From assembly GCA_963792965.1 (NCBI GenBank), contig CAWBYW010000032.1:1-16112 (forward strand): 16,112 nt of DNA. The letters run 5' to 3'. Both the position numbers and the translations under genes were made by a program. Below the pieces are notes generated by a model. That model worked only from the letters and a program-made list of their open reading frames with translations. It was not told where the DNA came from and did no database searches. Positions 1-7,963 of this stretch are shown piece after piece. The DNA comes from an uncultured delta proteobacterium (lineage in GTDB: Bacteria; Desulfobacterota; Zymogenia; Zymogenales; Zymogenaceae). Positions within the stretch are counted from its first letter, which is position 1. The number at the start of each line of letters is the position of its first letter.

Positions 1-145
1 TTGCCCGGGCAAAACGACGCACCGTATTGAGGTTCTTGTATCGCCGTCCCGATTTGTCCTCAGGGCACTTCGTGCGTATAGCGGAGTACCGCCCCGCCCC
101 ATGCATCTCGTATCGAGCCCGTCCGATAAAGCCTTCGGCGCCGCC

Positions 146-1279
146 TTACCTGCGGCCGCGGATAACCTGGTATAGAGGGACTCCCGCGTAGAGGAAGGTT
201 ACCGCGGCGGCGGTGTAGAAAAGAAAGTCATACCCGAACCGATCCATCGAGCGAGACAGGACCAGCGGTCCGAAGATCCCCCCGATGTAGAATGCCGCCG
301 AAAGGAGAGCCGCCGCCCGCGGGTAGTGCGATTCGGACAGCTCGTCTCCGACGACGGCCATCCCCACCGGGTATATCGCGTTGACGGTGCCGCCGCCGAC
401 AAACGTCAGCAAGAGCAGGACGACGAAGTACGGAAAAACGGGGGTCAACGCGAAGAGGATCCCGCACCCGAATGTAGCCATCGCGATGAACCGCATCTTT
501 CCGGTAACGTCGGCAACCTTCGTCAGCGGGTATAAGAGGAGTATCCCCCCAAGGTCAAACGAGGTCACCACCGCTCCCATCTGAAAGGCCGAGAGCCCGA
601 TGCCCTTCAGGTAGAGGGCAATGAGCGCCATAATTCCCTCGAGCATGAACCCGAACAGAAGGGCCGAGCCGAGAGGGACGGCGATCCTCACGATCGGAAA
701 GCTCCCGCCGGACGGACGCGGGGGCACCCTGACCGATGGGACGAACCGGGCCACAAACCCGAATGCCACGATAGAGGCCCCGGCGCTCGCGATATAGGGG
801 AGATATCCCTTGAGCGCAAAGAGGGGAAACCCAACGAGGGGCCCGGCGGCCGCTCCCGCCGAAAGGAACATTAAATAGATCCCCATAACGCGGGCCCGCG
901 TATGGGTGTCGCTTTCGGCGATCAGGGTCGATTCGGTCGCCACGAATATAAAGCCGAGCGAAAAGCCGTTGAGGATCCGGTAGATAAAGAACGAGGTGAT
1001 GTCTGAGGCCATGGCGTAGAACCCCATGGTGATTGCGCAGAGAAGCAGCGACCATACCAGGAGCCTCTTGTTTCCGACCCTGAAGATAACGGCGGGGCTG
1101 GCAAGCGACGCGATCAACGACGCGACGGCCTGCAGCATCGTGCTTGTCCCCACGATTGAGGCGGTGGCCCCCACCGCGGTCATCGAGAGGGAAAGCAGCG
1201 GCAGCGTCAGCCCGAGCGAGAGACCCAACACGCCCATCGAGAGGTAGATAGGGAAGAATATCGATCTTTTCTGGTTCAT
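146..1279 (-). CDS. MFS transporter (about 12 TM)
   Basis: 377-aa ORF with two bundles of hydrophobic helices. MFS loop motifs: IFRVGNKR after TM2, ADVTGKMR after TM8, RILNGFSLG in TM4, RARVMGIY, and GAAAGPLVG (motif C-like). Confidence 0.9.
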   Translation of the reverse strand: MNQKRSIFFPIYLSMGVLGLSLGLTLPLLSLSMTAVGATASIVGTSTMLQAVASLIASLASPAVIFRVGNKRLLVWSLLLCAITMGFYAMASDITSFFIYRILNGFSLGFIFVATESTLIAESDTHTRARVMGIYLMFLSAGAAAGPLVGFPLFALKGYLPYIASAGASIVAFGFVARFVPSVRVPPRPSGGSFPIVRIAVPLGSALLFGFMLEGIMALIALYLKGIGLSAFQMGAVVTSFDLGGILLLYPLTKVADVTGKMRFIAMATFGCGILFALTPVFPYFVVLLLLTFVGGGTVNAIYPVGMAVVGDELSESHYPRAAALLSAAFYIGGIFGPLVLSRSMDRFGYDFLFYTAAAVTFLYAGVPLYQVIRGRR

Positions 1280-1287
1280 GGGAAAAA

Positions 1288-1316
1288 GTTATATCAATTC
1301 CTTACGGAGGTCACAA
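1288..1316 (-). promoter_or_regulatory. Candidate sigma70 promoter for the MFS gene (TTGTGA-17-TATAAC, extended TG)
   Basis: Minus strand reads TTGTGA(1316-1311), 17 nt ending in TGA, then TATAAC(1293-1288), 8 nt, then ATG. No SD sequence. Confidence 0.45.
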
Positions 1317-1524
1317 GCAAAACCGGCGCAAAATACTACTTTCAAGGCCTGCTTTCGCCTCGGCTCTCTCCCGAAGTTTTATGCCGGTAGGAGATTCGCG
1401 GAGAGATTGGCTCGCCGCCGCCTGACACGCAATGCCTATCAGGTCAAGGCCTCGGCCGAAACCTCTCTCTGTGCGGGTCCCGAATGAGTGAGTCCCCGGA
1501 AGGATGGATTTCTTAAGGTGAGGC

Positions 1525-1551
1525 CCACGGGCACTCCGAGCGTGCCCGTGG
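1525..1551 (-). terminator. Perfect 10-bp hairpin just downstream of the lipoprotein gene
   Basis: CCACGGGCAC-tccgagc-GTGCCCGTGG, 10 nt after the stop at 1562. No U-tract, so terminator strength is uncertain. Confidence 0.55.
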
Positions 1552-1561
1552 TATTCTGCGA

Positions 1562-1963
1562 TTACTTGACCGTGAAGGTCACCGACGCGATTTCCTTGCC
1601 GCCGTCGTCCGTATCGTGCATGCGGAAATCGTAGCTCCCCGCCACCGCGGGGGCCGCAAAGGTCAGCGTCCCCGAGGTCATCCCCTTGAGGTACTGGTAG
1701 GTGAGATCGTAGTTATCGTTGGTCGCCTCATCCCCGTGCGGAACGGACGACGGGATGATCCCGACCCACGCGTTGTCCGGCAATCCCGCCGGTGCAGCGA
1801 ATTTCACGCCGATGGTCTCGCCCGGGGCGTATGTGGCCTTATCGGTGGTGAGCGAGGGACCCGCGGGCTTCGCCGGGCCGCAGGCCCACAAACCCAAGAG
1901 GATCAGCGAAACGGCAACGAGTGCCGATATGGTCAACAGCGACCTTTTCTTCAGGATCTTCAA
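1562..1963 (-). CDS. Predicted lipoprotein with a single Ig-like beta-sandwich domain (133 aa)
   Basis: Start reassigned to TTG at 1963, 5 nt after GAGGAGG. Basic N-terminus, hydrophobic stretch and lipobox LWA-C. Mature part is beta-rich (TDKATYAPGETIGVKF...AWVGI...SGTLTFAAP...GSYDFRM). Confidence 0.8.
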   Translation of the reverse strand: MKILKKRSLLTISALVAVSLILLGLWACGPAKPAGPSLTTDKATYAPGETIGVKFAAPAGLPDNAWVGIIPSSVPHGDEATNDNYDLTYQYLKGMTSGTLTFAAPAVAGSYDFRMHDTDDGGKEIASVTFTVK

Positions 1964-1992
1964 GATAGCCTCCTCATAAAAATAGTTCAAGA

Positions 1993-2021
1993 ATAATACA
2001 CTGCCCGTAACCACGTGTCAA
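1993..2021 (-). promoter_or_regulatory. sigma70 promoter TTGACA-17-TATTAT for the lipoprotein gene
   Basis: Consensus -35 at 2021-2016, exact 17-nt spacer, TATTAT at 1998-1993, upstream of the GAGGAGG RBS. Supports the 1963 start over the track's 2014 start. Confidence 0.75.
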
Positions 2022-2174
2022 TAAATTCGTTTTTGTTATACTAATCGTGGCTGACAAGGCAGAAACGCGGAAGAGGACTCATGATCCGTCACGCAAGCCG
2101 GCCATAAAAACTATTTACAAGAGTGCCAAAAGATACTATAAGAAAGGTCACACGATCATGTTTGGGCAATCCCC

Positions 2175-2684
2175 GTGGAATATCCCGAGAAATACGAAAC
2201 AGACATCACGATGAAGGGCGGTGAACGCCTTTTCCTGCGCCCCGTCCTGCCCACCGATATCGAGAAAGTCAAGGACTTCTACGACAGGCTTTCGGAAAGG
2301 ACGAAATATCTGCGATTCTTCATCCCCAAGAAGGAGGCGCGCGCCGACCGGGTCAAGAAGTTCACCCTCGTCGACTATAAGAAGTCGATGGTGATCGTCG
2401 CCCTTTTCAATGATGAATTGGTGGGGGCGGCCCGCTACGACTGGGACAGCGAGGAAGAATGCCTCGAGCTTGCCGAGACGGTCCGGGATGACTGGCAGGG
2501 AAAGGGGCTGGGCACGATCCTCTTTCGCTACATCATAAAGATCGCCAAAGAAGAGGGCTACACCGAGATGACCGCCCTGATCCTTGACGAGAACAAGAAC
2601 GCCTTCAATATCCTGAAGAAAACCGTCGGCGAGTTGAAGATAAAATATGAGGGGAACCTGATCCGAGTGACCTTTGAGCTGTAA
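2175..2684 (+). CDS. Stand-alone GNAT acetyltransferase resembling the GNAT domain of Pat-type protein lysine acetyltransferases
   Basis: LRPVLPTD...FYDRLSERTKYLRFF, LVGAARY, acetyl-CoA motif A VRDDWQGKGLGT, and ILDENKNA. The start is uncertain (see findings). Confidence 0.85.
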   Translation: MEYPEKYETDITMKGGERLFLRPVLPTDIEKVKDFYDRLSERTKYLRFFIPKKEARADRVKKFTLVDYKKSMVIVALFNDELVGAARYDWDSEEECLELAETVRDDWQGKGLGTILFRYIIKIAKEEGYTEMTALILDENKNAFNILKKTVGELKIKYEGNLIRVTFEL

Positions 2685-2750
2685 GACCCCTCCACGTTGG
2701 GTACCATCATCCACTTTTTCATTTAATTAATAGATCTATGGAGGAGTATC

Positions 2751-4471
2751 ATGGCTCAAAAGACGACTCAGAAGAAGGGCGCCAAGAAGACCGGCGACAA
2801 ACCCTGGTTCGGCTTCTATCCCAAGGGCGTTCCCCGCGCGATCGCCTACAAAAAAATCACGCTGCCCGAGGCCTTTCACGACACCGTGAAGGAGTTCCCC
2901 GGACGTCCCGCCATCACCTATATGGGCAAGGTAATAACCTTCAAGGAATTGGGCGACCTCGTCGATCGATTTGCGACGGCCCTTGCGGCCATGGGCGTTA
3001 AGAAGGGGAGCCGCGTTGCGACGCTCCTTCCCAATATCCCCCAGATGGTTGTTGCCTACTACGGCGCGATGAGCGCCGGCGCAAGCCTCGTCCTGAACAA
3101 CCCCCTCTACACCGACCGGGAGCTTGAGCACCAGCTCAACGACTCCGAGTCGGAATACCTGGTCACCCTGGACCTATTGGCCCCACGGATGATTGCCCTC
3201 AAGCCCAAGACGGGAATCAAAAAGATCATCATCTGCCACATCAATGACTACCTCCCCTTCCCGAAGAAACAGCTCTTCCCCCATGTCAAGAAGGGGATGT
3301 TCATCAAGATCGAGACCGGACCGGATGTCTTCGAGTTCGTCGATCTCGTTAAATCGTATAAGCCCAATCCTCCTAAGGTAAAAATAGGTTTTGAGGACCT
3401 CGCCACCTTCCAGTACACCGGCGGCACCACCGGGGTATCCAAGGGCGTCATGCTGACTCAGTCCAACCTCTCCTGCAACGTCCAGCAGATCCGGTCGTGG
3501 TTCCCCTCATTCGAAAGGGGAAAGAGATCGAGCTGGGGGTGCTCCCGTTCTTCCACTCCTTTGGGATGACCGCCGTCATGAACCTTTCGATGTGGATGGG
3601 CTGGAACATCGTTTCGATCCCCCGGCCGGACCCGCTGGCGATCCTCGAGGCCATCGACAAATACAAACCCACTTTCATGGCCGCGGTCCCGACCATGTTC
3701 GTTGGGATGCTGAGGCACCCGGACGTCAAGAAGTACAACATATCGTCGCTCAAGGGATGCTTCTCGGGCGCGGCTCCCCTGGCCGTGGAGACGATCAGGG
3801 AATTTGAGCGGACCACCGGCTCCCAGATCTGCGAGGCTTACGGCCTGTCGGAGACCTCACCCGCCGCCACGATCAACCCCTTCGGCGGCAAGACGAAAGT
3901 CGGGAGCATCGGCCTCCCGGTGCCCGACACCGATATCAGGATTGTCGATCTGGAGACCGGCAAGAAAGAAATGAAGGTCGGTGAGCCCGGAGAGGTTATC
4001 ATCAAAGGACCTCAGGTCACGAAGGGCTACTACAAGAAGCCGGAAGAGACCAGAACGGCCATTAAGGACGGCTGGCTCTACACCGGCGACATCGGCACGA
4101 TGGACGAAGAGGGCTACTTCTTTATCGTCGACCGCAAGAAGGACATGATCATCGCCGGCGGCTACAACATCTACCCCCGCGATATCGACGAGGTCCTCTT
4201 CGAGCACCCGAAGGTCGCCGAAGCCTGCGCCATCGGCGTTCCCGACCCCTACCGGGGCGAGACGGTCAAGGCCTTCGTCGTGCTGAAAGAGGGGCAGACC
4301 GCGACCGATAAGGAGATCATCGACTTCTGCAGGCAGAAGCTTGCCGCCTACAAGGTGCCCAAGCTCGTCGAGTTCATCCCCTCGCTTCCCAAAAGCGCGG
4401 TCGGCAAGATCCTGAGGAAGGAGCTCAAGGCGATGGAGCTTGCCAAGATGGATAAGGAAAAAAAGAAATAG
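2751..4471 (+). pseudogene. fadD: Long-chain-fatty-acid--CoA ligase, copy 1; split by a -1 frameshift near 3518-3524 (may be intact in vivo)
   Basis: ORFs 2751..3569 and 3497..4471 join into one protein of about 573 aa colinear with copy 2. RBS GGAGGAG. Motifs YTGGTTGVSKG, YGLSET, GWLYTGD, DRKKDMIIAGGYNIYPRDIDEVL, PKSAVGKILR. No other lesions seen. Confidence 0.9.
4064..4176 (+). repeat. 113-nt near-identical tract shared with 5994-6106 (1 mismatch)
   Basis: Direct comparison: 58 nt identical, one T/A mismatch (4122/6052), then 54 nt identical; offset 1930. Confidence 0.85.
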
Positions 4472-4534
4472 AAAGAGTCCTGCCTTCGCCGCGGCGAGAG
4501 TAACGCCGCATGCCGATAATCGAACGGAAAGGAT

Positions 4535-4568
4535 GGGCGCGGATCATCAAGATCCGCACCCCTTTTTT
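4535..4568 (+). terminator. Rho-independent terminator after ligase copy 1
   Basis: GGG-c-GCGGATC-atcaa-GATCCGC-a-CCC, then C and T6. Confidence 0.75.
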
Positions 4569-4694
4569 CTGAGACCGCGGGCATCCGCCACGCCATATTT
4601 TCTCAGGCAATCCAGAAAATACTTTGCTTTTTATCGTGATTGTGATAACAATAGGGCCAATTTTTGTTATCCGTCATGCAAAGGAGGTTTTAGT

Positions 4695-6392
4695 ATGGCA
4701 AAAACCCAAAAAGACGACGTGAAAAAGTATCCGTGGTTGAAGCAGTACGCCCCGGGCGTCCCTGCCACCATCGCATACGAGACGATCACGCTTCCCGAGG
4801 CCTTCCGCCGCACCGTCAAGGAATTCCCCGGGCATACCGCCCTTACCTATATGGGCAAGATCATTACCTATAAGCAGCTGGGAGAGCTCGTCGATCGCTT
4901 CGCAACGGCGCTGGCGGCCATGGGCGTCAAGAAGGGAAGCAAAGTTGCGACGCTGCTTCCCAATATCCCCCAGATGGTCGTCGCTTACTACGGCGCCATG
5001 GCAGCCGGGGCGACGCTCGTTCTCAACAACCCCCTCTACACGGACCCGGAGCTTGAGCACCAGCTCAATGACTCCGAAACGGAATACCTGATTTCGCTGG
5101 ACCTGCTGACCCCCCGGATGATTGCGCTCAGACCCAAGACCAAGGTCAGGAAGATTATCTTCTGCCACATTAACGACTACCTCCCGTTCCCGAAGAAGCA
5201 GTTGTTCCCCCACGTCAGGAAGGGAATGTTCGTTAAGATCGAAGAGACTGCCGACGTCCATGATTTCGTGGGACTTATCAAGAAGACGAAATCCAACCCG
5301 CCCAAGGTGAAGCTCTCCTTCGAGGATCTGGCGACTCTCCAGTTTACCGGCGGCACCACCGGGGTATCAAAGGGCGTCATGCTCACGCACGGAAACCTCT
5401 CCAAGAACGTCCAGCAGGTCAGCAAGTGGTTCCCGACGTTCGCCAAGGGAAACGAGATCGCGATGGGGGCGCTCCCCTTCTTCCATTCGTTCGGCATGAC
5501 CACCGTCATGAACCTGTCGCTCTTCAACGGCTACAACATCATCCTCATCCCCCGGCCGGACGCACAGGTGTTGCTGGAAATGACGGACGCCTATAAGCCG
5601 ACCTTCGTGCCCCTCGTACCGACCCTCTTCGTGGGGATGCTCAGACACCCGGAGCTCAAGAAATTCAATCTCAAGTCGATTAAGGGGTGCTTCTCGGGCG
5701 CGGCGCCGCTGGCCCTCGAGACGATCAAGGAGTTCGAGTCAGCCACCGGCTCCCAGATCTGCGAGGGATACGGCCTGTCGGAAACCTCCCCCGTCGCCAC
5801 CGTCAATCCCTTCGGCGGCAAGACAAAGGTCGGGAGCATCGGCCTGCCGATCTCCGATACTCAGCTCAAGATCGTGGATCTCGACACCGGCAAGAAGGAG
5901 ATGAAGGTCGGTGAGCCCGGTGAAGTGCTCATCAAGGGCCCGCAGGTGACCAACGGCTACTACAAGAAGCCCGAAGAGACCAAAAAGGCCATCAAGGACG
6001 GCTGGCTCTACACCGGCGACATCGGCACGATGGACGAAGAGGGCTACTTCTATATCGTCGACCGCAAGAAGGACATGATCATCGCCGGCGGCTACAACAT
6101 CTACCCGCGCGACATCGACGAAGTCCTCTACCAGCACCCGAAGGTTTCCGAGGGGTGCGCCATCGGTGTCCCCGACCCCTATCGGGGCGAGACGGTTAAG
6201 GTCTTCGTCGTCCTGAAAGAAGGCCAGACCGCGACGGAAAAGGAGATCATCGACTTCTGCAAGCAGAAGCTTGCCGCCTATAAGGTGCCCAAGCTCGTCG
6301 AGTTTGTCCCGTCGCTCCCCAAGAGCGGTGTTGGCAAGATCCTGAGGAAAGAGCTCAGGCAGATGGAGCTCGCCAAGACGAAGAAGCAGTAG
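4695..6392 (+). CDS. fadD: Long-chain-fatty-acid--CoA ligase, copy 2 (565 aa)
   Basis: ATG 4695 follows AAGGAGG; the track's upstream extension to 4440 crosses a terminator. Adenylate-forming motifs FTGGTTGVSKG, YGLSET, YTGD, DRKKD, PKSGVGKILR. Confidence 0.93.
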   Translation: MAKTQKDDVKKYPWLKQYAPGVPATIAYETITLPEAFRRTVKEFPGHTALTYMGKIITYKQLGELVDRFATALAAMGVKKGSKVATLLPNIPQMVVAYYGAMAAGATLVLNNPLYTDPELEHQLNDSETEYLISLDLLTPRMIALRPKTKVRKIIFCHINDYLPFPKKQLFPHVRKGMFVKIEETADVHDFVGLIKKTKSNPPKVKLSFEDLATLQFTGGTTGVSKGVMLTHGNLSKNVQQVSKWFPTFAKGNEIAMGALPFFHSFGMTTVMNLSLFNGYNIILIPRPDAQVLLEMTDAYKPTFVPLVPTLFVGMLRHPELKKFNLKSIKGCFSGAAPLALETIKEFESATGSQICEGYGLSETSPVATVNPFGGKTKVGSIGLPISDTQLKIVDLDTGKKEMKVGEPGEVLIKGPQVTNGYYKKPEETKKAIKDGWLYTGDIGTMDEEGYFYIVDRKKDMIIAGGYNIYPRDIDEVLYQHPKVSEGCAIGVPDPYRGETVKVFVVLKEGQTATEKEIIDFCKQKLAAYKVPKLVEFVPSLPKSGVGKILRKELRQMELAKTKKQ

Positions 6393-6437
6393 GGTATCCG
6401 GCACATTTGTCGCCCTGCTTTCGGCTCAGTGAACAAG

Positions 6438-6470
6438 AACCGGGGCGCGGACTATATCCGCCCCCGGTTT
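6438..6470 (+). terminator. Terminator hairpin after ligase copy 2
   Basis: AACCGGGG-c-GCGGA-ctata-TCCGC-CCCCGGTT with a short T tail. Confidence 0.7.
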
Positions 6471-6563
6471 ATCATTTACGGTCGGGACCTGCGGCTGTTC
6501 ATGATTGCGGGTACGCGCAAAACGCTTCCCTTTTTGATCGTGATAGACTACAATAGAGACACT

Positions 6564-7427
6564 ATGAGGCCCCCCGTATACTTCCACGCGGTGATCGCAT
6601 TCTTTCTTCTGTTCGGGTGCTCATATACGCCCCCGGTCGGCGAGCGCCTTGTGCTCGTCAAGGGGGCCATAACCGCAGAGCATATTACCCTGATCTCCGG
6701 GGCAACGGGGGAAGTCAAGAAGATCACAAAGGGCCCGGGGGATCCCGTTAAGAAGGATGAGATCCTCCTGAGACTGGACCCCAAGGACTCCGCGGGGGAG
6801 CTGAGTAAGGCGCGGGAAAATCTCAAGAAGCTCAAGGAAGAAGAGAAGAAGGCAAAGGAGGAGCTTGACCGGACGACCGCCGAGCTGAGCTACTCGAGGG
6901 GAAGATACCTCACCTTTAGCTCCCTCTATACGCGGGGGGCGGTGGCACGCCGTGAGGTCGACCGACTCAAGGACGAGTGGGAATTTGCCGAGGACCAGCA
7001 TAAGAAGGCCGATGTCTGGTACTCGGACGCCGCCGGTAGGCTCAAGGAGGCCGAGCTTGGCCTCAAGCGGGCCGAGGAACACTATGGCTCGGTCTTGATC
7101 CTCTCTCCGTGGGACGGCTACGTGACACGCCTCCTCACCTGGGAAGGGGGCTACCTCCTGTTGGGTGAAGAGACGATTGTGATCGCACGCGCGGGCGAGG
7201 TTTATTTCAGGGGAAAGGCCGACGGGGACGATTCGGTCTCTCTCGGTGAGGAAGCCGTCGTGCTTCCTCTTGATATCTCCACCGGGCCGATCCACGGGTA
7301 CGTGGCGCGGATAGATCCGGCCGGCGCGGGAAAGACGATCGTCACCGTGCGGATTTTCCCGGAAAAAAAGAAGGATATCGTAAACATAGGCAAGAACGCG
7401 TGGGCGGTCCTCTATATCCCGCGCTAA
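6564..7427 (+). CDS. HlyD/efflux membrane-fusion (periplasmic adaptor) family lipoprotein (287 aa)
   Basis: ATG 6564 gives a signal peptide with lipobox LFG-C. Lipoyl half-motifs (GEVKKITKGPGDPVKKDEILLRLD; ILSPWDGYV) flank a long coiled-coil hairpin with LYTRGAVARREVD at the tip. Confidence 0.8.
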   Translation: MRPPVYFHAVIAFFLLFGCSYTPPVGERLVLVKGAITAEHITLISGATGEVKKITKGPGDPVKKDEILLRLDPKDSAGELSKARENLKKLKEEEKKAKEELDRTTAELSYSRGRYLTFSSLYTRGAVARREVDRLKDEWEFAEDQHKKADVWYSDAAGRLKEAELGLKRAEEHYGSVLILSPWDGYVTRLLTWEGGYLLLGEETIVIARAGEVYFRGKADGDDSVSLGEEAVVLPLDISTGPIHGYVARIDPAGAGKTIVTVRIFPEKKKDIVNIGKNAWAVLYIPR

Positions 7428-7509
7428 GTGAGCCAGCGTTTATTATTACCTATTTTAACGTGCCCTGCGGACACACTACCGTGCCCGAGGGCGTCCAACA
7501 GGAGTTGTC

Positions 7510-7893
7510 ATGGAACTGATCGGATTTGCCGTAGTGTTCTTCTTCCTCGGGTTATTCGTTTTGGCGACCATCGTGTCCGCCTTCTTCATCCTGATCGGCG
7601 CTAAGGTCGCCGGGGTTGAAAACGCCGGTTTCGGGAACGCATTCTGGGCGGCCCTCTTATGCAGCTTTTTCGTCTGGGCGCTGACCGGCATCGCCTCGGC
7701 GATCCTTGGGTTTGGCTCGGTCGCTGTTTGGCTCGTAGGGCTCGTGATCACCCTTTTGATCATCAAGTGGGTCTTTAAGACCACCTGGGGAAAGGCCCTC
7801 CTGACCTGGGTATTTCACGGGATCGCCCAGGTGATCGTCCTGGCCATCGCTGTCGTTCTCATGATGACCGGCATCGTCGCTCTCTTCTACTAA
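7510..7893 (+). CDS. Hypothetical integral membrane protein (about 4 TM, 127 aa)
   Basis: AGGAG RBS. Four hydrophobic segments, with FGNAF and TTWGKALL loop motifs. Confidence 0.8.
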   Translation: MELIGFAVVFFFLGLFVLATIVSAFFILIGAKVAGVENAGFGNAFWAALLCSFFVWALTGIASAILGFGSVAVWLVGLVITLLIIKWVFKTTWGKALLTWVFHGIAQVIVLAIAVVLMMTGIVALFY

Positions 7894-7897
7894 AGAG

Positions 7898-7950
7898 CGG
7901 GGGAAAGACACGCACGGGCAGGCCGTGTCCTTGCGGAAAGTCTTCCCCCG
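7898..7950. repeat. Intergenic inverted repeat / long stem-loop
   Basis: CGGGGGAAAGAC (7898-7909) pairs with GTCTTCCCCCG (7940-7950) with one bulge; inner CACGG/CCGTG stem. Confidence 0.55.
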
Positions 7951-7963
7951 TCGGGCCGCACCG

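Noticed and set aside
1490-1510. CCGGAAGGA resembling the SRP RNA domain IV loop
   Set aside because: The flanking CAGG and AGCAG internal-loop motifs are absent.
2723-2739. Adjacent palindromes TTAATTAA and ATAGATCTAT before the ligase 1 RBS
   Set aside because: Short, AT-rich and not repeated upstream of ligase 2; cannot be distinguished from chance.
4440-4694. 85-aa N-terminal extension of ligase 2 in the ORF track
   Set aside because: Crosses a terminator; the strong RBS and the paralog alignment place the start at 4695.
6429-6563. 45-aa N-terminal extension of the HlyD protein
   Set aside because: Runs through the terminator hairpin and would bury the signal peptide.
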